Positions 1 to 4,462 of a stretch of DNA of 4,462 nt are shown piece after piece. Each line of letters begins with the position of its first letter. Positions within the stretch are counted from its first letter, which is position 1. This DNA comes from a virus (Duplodnaviria > Heunggongvirae > Uroviricota > Caudoviricetes). The notes under the pieces were generated by a model, which saw only the letters and a list, made by a program, of their open reading frames with translations, was not told the origin of the DNA and made no database searches. Made by a program: the position numbers and the translations under genes. The stretch is from IMG/VR virus record IMGVR_UViG_2706794691_000003; one strand, given 5' to 3'.

Positions 1-13
1 TGTCCAATGTGCA

Positions 14-48
14 TAAAAAAATCCGGAAACAAGTGAGCGTTTCCGGAT
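14..48 (-). terminator. Putative rho-independent terminator downstream of the portal gene
   Basis: Seen in sequence: perfect 10-bp inverted repeat ATCCGGAAAC (21-30) / GTTTCCGGAT (39-48) with an 8-nt loop. On the minus strand the stem-loop is followed directly by a run of 7 T (plus-strand A-run 14-20). It lies 34 nt downstream of the portal stop codon (82-84). The plus-strand side has no U-tract, so it is unidirectional for the minus strand. Confidence 0.6.
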
Positions 49-81
49 TCTTACACAGCCACTGGATCGGTCAACTGATCC

Positions 82-1329
82 TTAACTGATCGGCATTACA
101 CCACCGGGACGCGGATTCATATCTTCCAGGTCGCGGCAGTCATTGGAAGAGTAAATTCCCCAGTTGATCCCGGTGGCGTAGGCTTCAAAACGGGACTTCA
201 TATCCCCGCGCAGTAACGCCCCGGCGTTAAATTTGGCGTAATAAACGCCCTGCTTACTTTTTCGTACCAGTCCGGTGTTGATCCGCTGTTCGATGCGGGT
301 CAGATACGGCACCAGTGAATAGTTGATAAATCCCAGCCCCAGCTCTTCGATATTGTTGAAGGTGGCGCGATCGGTGTTCTGCACCATGTGCAACGGCACC
401 CGGAACAGACGACAGATTTCTTCCAGCTGAAACTTGCGGGTTTCCAGGAACTGACTGTCCTCGGCGTTCAGCGCCATCGACTTCCAGTCCAGCCCCATTT
501 CCAGAATCATCGGGCGGTGAGCATTGCCAAGCCCCGTGTGACACTCCTCAAAATCTTTCTTCAGACGCTCGTAAGCATCCGGCGTGAGCTTTTGTTCCGT
601 ACGCAACACACCGGATGTCACCGCACCATTACTAAACAACCTGGCACCGTGCTCCTCGGTTGCCGCTGCCAGTGAAATGGCCTCACGCGCATACGCAATG
701 GGATTCAGCCCGACAAGTCCATCCAGCGTCAGGGTGCGCACATGCCAGATTTCATTCTGGGTCAACACATCCACGGAACCATCCGGAAACGTCACCTGAT
801 AAACCGGCTGCCACTGGCTGTTCAGCTTCGGTTCCACACAGCCCGGATCTATCGGAAGAAGCTCCACCACTTCTCCCAGTGCCTTTACCTTGTAGGCGTA
901 AAAATTCCCCCGTAGACACAGGCAGACAATAACCAGCTCCCAGAATTCCTGCGGTGTCATGTAGCCATTAGGTTTTGCCGAAACCAACTTATGCAGTCGT
1001 TCATCCACCGCCCGTGTTTTCAGGGTACCGCTGATTTTGTAGAGACTGCAGGGCAGCATACCAACAGACTCTGCCAGCACCCTGACGCAAGAATAGACCG
1101 CCGTCAGGCGCATGGCCCGCTGGCTACTGATCCGCTTTCCGGTATAGGTGTCGTATGACAGCCCGATAGCATCAGCAGTTCTGCTGGCGTGGTCACCGGC
1201 ACATCGCTTTTTCGTTGAAATAATCCCGAAAAGAACACTATTTACCTCCGCCGACAGACTGCCGTGTACGGTCGAGATATCGCGCCACCAGCCACGACCA
1301 GAACAGGCACAGCGCCCCGGCAACAACAA
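82..1329 (-). CDS. Phage portal protein, HK97-type family
   Basis: 415-codon ORF ending at TAA (82-84). Stretches such as [17 protein letters not shown] and [48 protein letters not shown] match my recollection of the conserved core of HK97-type portal proteins. Its position after the large terminase is the canonical head-module order. Start is uncertain: the longest ORF opens with TTG-TTG-TTG (1329-1321), the first in-frame ATG is at 1113, and there is no strong Shine-Dalgarno at either. Confidence 0.85.
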   Translation of the reverse strand: MLLPGRCACSGRGWWRDISTVHGSLSAEVNSVLFGIISTKKRCAGDHASRTADAIGLSYDTYTGKRISSQRAMRLTAVYSCVRVLAESVGMLPCSLYKISGTLKTRAVDERLHKLVSAKPNGYMTPQEFWELVIVCLCLRGNFYAYKVKALGEVVELLPIDPGCVEPKLNSQWQPVYQVTFPDGSVDVLTQNEIWHVRTLTLDGLVGLNPIAYAREAISLAAATEEHGARLFSNGAVTSGVLRTEQKLTPDAYERLKKDFEECHTGLGNAHRPMILEMGLDWKSMALNAEDSQFLETRKFQLEEICRLFRVPLHMVQNTDRATFNNIEELGLGFINYSLVPYLTRIEQRINTGLVRKSKQGVYYAKFNAGALLRGDMKSRFEAYATGINWGIYSSNDCRDLEDMNPRPGGVMPIS

Positions 1330-1420
1330 AACCCGCCGGGGGATAAATCAGCCAGGCACCATACGCCAGCAAAAGCGCACCCAGCACGCCCACCAGAGGC
1401 GCGAGAATCAGCATGATCAT
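1238..1420 (-). CDS. Small hypothetical membrane protein (60 aa, two predicted transmembrane helices)
   Basis: ATG at 1420 sits 6 nt after a GAGGT Shine-Dalgarno and 11 nt after the large-terminase stop (TAA 1432-1434). Product [60 protein letters not shown] has two hydrophobic segments separated by PPAG and a basic C-terminal tail. I recognise no family. Its 3' end overlaps the longest portal ORF by about 92 nt in another frame. Confidence 0.45.
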   Translation of the reverse strand: MIMLILAPLVGVLGALLLAYGAWLIYPPAGFVVAGALCLFWSWLVARYLDRTRQSVGGGK

Positions 1421-1431
1421 AATTACCTCAG

Positions 1432-3165
1432 TTAAAGCGAGCGGATCCCGTAGGACTCAATGTGGTCAGACAGCGTGTCTTCTTTCTCGTACAGCATGGC
1501 TCTGCCAACCGCCATAATCAGCGCAACTGCACCATCGATTTTGTTTTCCGCCTGCTCTTTGACGGGTTTCACCACATCATCGTTACCCGGCATGTTTTTG
1601 CCGACCACGTTGCCGATACACCAGGTCATGATGGGATTGCCGTCATGATGAAAACGTCCCGATTCAATCGCTGCTTCCAGCTCTTTCATCGGATCGGACA
1701 TATTGGTGAAGTTCTGGACGATAGTGACGGGATTCAGGTCTTCATCAGCAAGGTCATGTGACAACCCGGTCGCCCCGAAGGGGTCGATGGGTGACTCACT
1801 GACCGGGCTGATTTTGTTCGCCGCTTTGGCCTCCTCGAGGATGTAGCGATAATCCACCTCCGCACCATCGGTAACGGTCAGAACGCCCATTTCCACCCAT
1901 TTCTGAAAGCGTTCGGCTGTCCGTCGATCTTCATTTTTCTCGACGCTGTACACCGTGTCATACGGTACCCAGAAACGCGGGGCCACACTGTAGTAATGCG
2001 TTTTACCGTCAATCTCGCGGGTATAAAGTCGCGCCATGCTGTTCATATCCAGCTTACGCGCCAGGTCAAAGGCCAGAATGCACGGCTGCCCCTCGAACTG
2101 CTCAAGGGTCAGTGATTTATCCTCGCAGCTCTGCCAGCTCACCAAGTTGAAATACGCCGAACGCGCCGACACCCAGATATTGAGGTGTTTTGTTTTAAAG
2201 ACGTTTGCCAGACGGGCGTTATTTTTCGCACGCTGCTGCTGACTTAACAAAAATTCGCGATAAACCGACACGCCAATATTTGGATTGGCTTTTTCCAGCA
2301 CCTGCGGGCCGGTCCAGTCGTCACCTTCATCAACGGTATAGATGATCCCGAACAGTTCATCGTTAGGCACCGAGCCGTTGAGCATCTCGATGACTTCCCG
2401 CCGCTTGTCGTAGCACGGCCCCTCAATGTTGTACCCGGCGGTGGTGATGGCCCACATCAGTGGCTGACGTCGCGCCCCCATCCCGGTAAGCATTGTGGTA
2501 TAAAGCGCATCGGTGGCATGCTCGTGATATTCATCAACCACGGCACAGTGGGGTGATGAACCATCACCTGGGTTGCCGATCAGCGGTTCAAACCGCGCGC
2601 CATCCTCCGGACGGTTCATGTTTGAGGCGTTAACCTCAATCCCGAACGCTTCCGTCAGCATGGGTGTGCGTTTACACATCAGTCGCGCCGGGCGAAAGAC
2701 TTCCCACGCCTGTTTCTCTGTCGTGGCACCGGAATACACTTCCGCGCCAAACTCGTTATCACAGGCAAAACAATACAGGGCAACACCGGCAGAGATTGCT
2801 GATTTGCCGTTCTTACGGGGGATTTCGGTGTACACCTCCCGGAAGCGGCGCAACCGGGTGCCTTTATTGACCCAGCCAAACGCACAGCAGATCACAAATA
2901 GCTGCCACGGCTCCAGCGTGATGGGCATCCGTTTGAATGCCCACTCCCCCTTGGTGTGCGGCAACAGCTGAATAAATTTCGCGGCCCGTTCAGCCAGGTC
3001 CTTGTCGAAGCGGTAACGAAACGACTTACTTTTTTCCGCCATCAGGTCATCAAGATGGCGCTGGCAGGCCTGAATCACAAACTGGCAGGCAACAATCTTT
3101 CCGCGCACGACATCCCGGGCATACTGATTTGCAGCATTTACGTTGGGGTAAGATTTCCGGCTCAT
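1432..3165 (-). CDS. terL: Phage terminase large subunit (ATPase plus nuclease)
   Basis: 577-aa ORF from ATG (3163-3165) to TAA (1432-1434). It has a Walker A-like motif PRKNGKS and a Walker B-like hydrophobic stretch ending in DE (CAVVDEYHE) in the N-terminal half. The N-terminus [20 protein letters not shown]... matches my recollection of P27/HK97-type enterobacterial large terminases. Its start overlaps the small-terminase stop as ATGA (3162-3165), implying translational coupling. Confidence 0.95.
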   Translation of the reverse strand: MSRKSYPNVNAANQYARDVVRGKIVACQFVIQACQRHLDDLMAEKSKSFRYRFDKDLAERAAKFIQLLPHTKGEWAFKRMPITLEPWQLFVICCAFGWVNKGTRLRRFREVYTEIPRKNGKSAISAGVALYCFACDNEFGAEVYSGATTEKQAWEVFRPARLMCKRTPMLTEAFGIEVNASNMNRPEDGARFEPLIGNPGDGSSPHCAVVDEYHEHATDALYTTMLTGMGARRQPLMWAITTAGYNIEGPCYDKRREVIEMLNGSVPNDELFGIIYTVDEGDDWTGPQVLEKANPNIGVSVYREFLLSQQQRAKNNARLANVFKTKHLNIWVSARSAYFNLVSWQSCEDKSLTLEQFEGQPCILAFDLARKLDMNSMARLYTREIDGKTHYYSVAPRFWVPYDTVYSVEKNEDRRTAERFQKWVEMGVLTVTDGAEVDYRYILEEAKAANKISPVSESPIDPFGATGLSHDLADEDLNPVTIVQNFTNMSDPMKELEAAIESGRFHHDGNPIMTWCIGNVVGKNMPGNDDVVKPVKEQAENKIDGAVALIMAVGRAMLYEKEDTLSDHIESYGIRSL

Positions 3166-3463
3166 GATTCGATAATTTTCAGAAACGGGTTAGTGGCTTT
3201 CTTCTGCCCCGCCAGGCCAATCAGACGCTGGCGGCTGCTGGGGTCGAGTCCGAGCATTGCCCCCGTGCTGCTCATCTCGGACTCCTGTTCTTTTTTGGCG
3301 GTCAGCTCCGGATTTTTGACCCTGCCGCCCATTGCACCGGTGATGGTGTTGCCCTGTATGGCAATATTTTTCACGGCACGTCGCCAGAACTCATAGGCCA
3401 CGCACCACCGCTCAAGTACCGCCAGGTCAGTCACGCACAGCAGGCCCTGACCGCAGAGTTCTT
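3162..3463 (-). CDS. terS: Phage terminase small subunit (P27-type), C-terminal portion only
   Basis: The frame ending at TGA (3162-3164) stays open upstream past the annotated GTG at 3434 and into the N-run, so the true N-terminus is masked. The call rests on its position immediately upstream of, and coupled to, the large terminase, plus general resemblance of the visible part (...[21 protein letters not shown]...NPFLKIIES) to P27-family small terminases. Confidence 0.7.
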
Positions 3464-3714
3464 NNNNNNNNNNNNNNNNNNNNNNNNNNNNNNNNNNNNN
3501 NNNNNNNNNNNNNNNNNNNNNNNNNNNNNNNNNNNNNNNNNNNNNNNNNNNNNNNNNNNNNNNNNNNNNNNNNNNNNNNNNNNNNNNNNNNNNNNNNNNN
3601 NNNNNNNNNNNNNNNNNNNNNNNNNNNNNNNNNNNNNNNNNNNNNNNNNNNNNNNNNNNNNNNNNNNNNNNNNNNNNNNNNNNNNNNNNNNNNNNNNNNN
3701 NNNNNNNNNNNNNN
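3464..3714. other. Run of 251 N (masked or unsequenced gap)
   Basis: Directly visible as continuous N. It interrupts the HNH endonuclease ORF and the 5' end of the small-terminase ORF. The true length of the missing sequence cannot be known from the window. Confidence 0.99.
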
Positions 3715-3942
3715 GCTCACCACACCGACACGCAGACACAACTGACACAGACCTTTATCGCGCTTCAGAATACGGGCACGAATCACCGTCCATTTTGAGC
3801 CATAGCCACGCTGGTGGCGGCTCAGTCCGCGCTGGTGCTGCACCCAGCCTTCACCGCGATGTTTATCGCAGTAACCCGAACTGTCTGTGGTTGTACCTGC
3901 ACATCCACGCTTACGGCAGGCACGTGGGATTAGTGATGGCAT
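3715..3942 (-). CDS. Phage HNH endonuclease, N-terminal portion (terminase-associated type)
   Basis: ATG at 3940-3942 is preceded by GAGGT about 5 nt upstream. The N-terminus has a Cys/His cluster (CRKRGCAGTTTDSSGYCDKH) followed by RGYGSKW...RARILKRDKGLCQLC, the pattern I recall just upstream of the catalytic H-N-H residues in phage HNH proteins found next to terminase genes. The catalytic core itself would lie in the N-run. The 11 residues the ORF track reports after the gap are not trustworthy, because frame across the gap is unknown. Confidence 0.7.
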
Positions 3943-3984
3943 AAATACCTCATACCCTGCGAAATGTTTACCACGATAAAAAGG

Positions 3985-4449
3985 CTACTTAATGCACTGA
4001 GTGCGGATATACTCCTGTGCCCCTTCCAGTTGCATCTGCATCGTCATCAGCCGCTCTCTGAGGGTGAAATAATCCCGTTCAGCGGTGTCTGCCAGTCGGG
4101 GGCTGGTTGCATTATCCACGCCGGAGGCGGTGGTGGCTTCACGCACTGACTGACAGACTGCTTTGATGTGCAACCGACGACGACCAGCGGCAACATCAGC
4201 GCGCAGAGTTTCATTTTCAGCTTTCGCATCAGCTAACTCCTTCGTGTATTTAGCATCGAGTGCATTAACATCACGCTGTCTCTGCTGCATGTCAGTAATG
4301 GTTGCGTTCGCCAGCTTCAGTTCTCTTGCGTTTTTGTCGCGCTGCTCTTTGTAGGTAATGGCGTTATCACGGTAATGATTAACAGCCCATGACAGGCAGA
4401 CGATGATGCAGATAACCAGAGCGGAGATAATCGCGGTGACTCTGCTCAT
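3985..4449 (-). CDS. Rz: Rz i-spanin (inner-membrane spanin subunit), lambda type
   Basis: ATG at 4447-4449 follows a G-rich Shine-Dalgarno-like stretch; stop TAG at 3985-3987. The 154-aa product [34 protein letters not shown]...[25 protein letters not shown]... is nearly identical, from my recollection, to phage lambda Rz: N-terminal transmembrane helix followed by a periplasmic coiled-coil region. The ORF track's longer form (from GTG at 4461) probably just reflects open frame from the upstream gene. Confidence 0.95.
   Translation of the reverse strand: MSRVTAIISALVICIIVCLSWAVNHYRDNAITYKEQRDKNARELKLANATITDMQQRQRDVNALDAKYTKELADAKAENETLRADVAAGRRRLHIKAVCQSVREATTASGVDNATSPRLADTAERDYFTLRERLMTMQMQLEGAQEYIRTQCIK
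4047..4229 (-). CDS. Rz1: Rz1 o-spanin (outer-membrane lipoprotein spanin subunit), embedded in Rz
   Basis: 60-aa ORF lying wholly inside Rz in a different reading frame. ATG at 4227-4229 is preceded by AAGGAG 7 nt upstream. Product [60 protein letters not shown] has a signal peptide with a lipobox-like LVVVGC and a proline-rich mature region, closely matching my recollection of lambda Rz1. Confidence 0.9.
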   Translation of the reverse strand: MRKLKMKLCALMLPLVVVGCTSKQSVSQCVKPPPPPAWIMQPAPDWQTPLNGIISPSESG

Positions 4450-4462
4450 TGCTGCCCCCACA

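Noticed and set aside
254-544. Minus-strand 96-aa ORF in an alternative frame inside the portal gene
   Set aside because: Fully nested out of frame within the portal coding sequence, with a Gly/Arg/Pro-rich low-complexity product and no ribosome-binding site. The nested minus-strand ORFs inside terL at 2244-2426 and 2679-2885 are rejected for the same reason.
1111-1113. ATG at 1113 as the true portal start
   Set aside because: It would put the start directly at the conserved core helix and remove the N-terminal region expected for this family, and it lacks a Shine-Dalgarno. Kept only as an alternative within the portal-start finding.
388-1435. Plus-strand ORFs antisense to the portal and small membrane ORF (388-675, 584-799, 660-932, 1148-1435)
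   Set aside because: Antisense shadow ORFs inside the portal gene, with no start context and no recognisable protein features.
1460-3396. Plus-strand ORFs antisense to the terminase genes (1460-1648, 1462-1761, 2036-2242, 2573-2971, 2664-2870, 2956-3396)
   Set aside because: All lie wholly inside the strongly supported minus-strand terL/terS genes, have no convincing ribosome-binding sites, and give low-complexity products rich in R, S and P typical of shadow ORFs.
3431-3748. Minus-strand 105-aa ORF that is mostly X
   Set aside because: It exists only because the N-run contains no stop codons; the flanking real residues are too few to support a gene.
3964-4354. Plus-strand ORFs antisense to Rz/Rz1 (3964-4149, 4163-4354)
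   Set aside because: They overlap the well-supported Rz/Rz1 pair on the opposite strand and have no ribosome-binding site or recognisable features.
1-4462. Defence system, toxin-antitoxin pair, CRISPR array, tRNA or integrase/attachment site
   Set aside because: No repeat-spacer structure, no tRNA-like sequence, and no ORF with nuclease/ATPase defence-type architecture outside the terminase. Every sizeable ORF is accounted for by lysis and packaging functions, except the 60-aa membrane ORF, which is reported as a finding.

Overview
This 4462-bp window is a segment of the late region of a lambdoid (Enterobacteriaceae-type) phage or prophage, with every supported gene on the minus strand, so transcription runs from the right end of the window to the left. 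In transcription order it carries the lambda-type spanin pair Rz (3985-4449) with Rz1 embedded in another frame (4047-4229), an HNH endonuclease (3715-3942, its 3' part lost in an N-run), a P27-type small terminase (visible part 3162-3463), a large terminase (1432-3165), a 60-aa two-helix membrane ORF (1238-1420), an HK97-type portal (82-1329), and a terminator-like hairpin with a T-tract (14-48). A 251-nt run of N (3464-3714) hides the HNH catalytic core, the small-terminase N-terminus and probably the cos site. I find no tRNA or rRNA, no CRISPR array, no integrase or transposase, and no recognisable defence system. I could not find an undescribed system here; the items worth a second look are modest: the small membrane ORF wedged between terminase and portal, the portal's non-ATG overlapping start, the terminator directly after the portal, and the masked gap. 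All protein family calls rest on my recall of family sequences and motifs, not on a database search.
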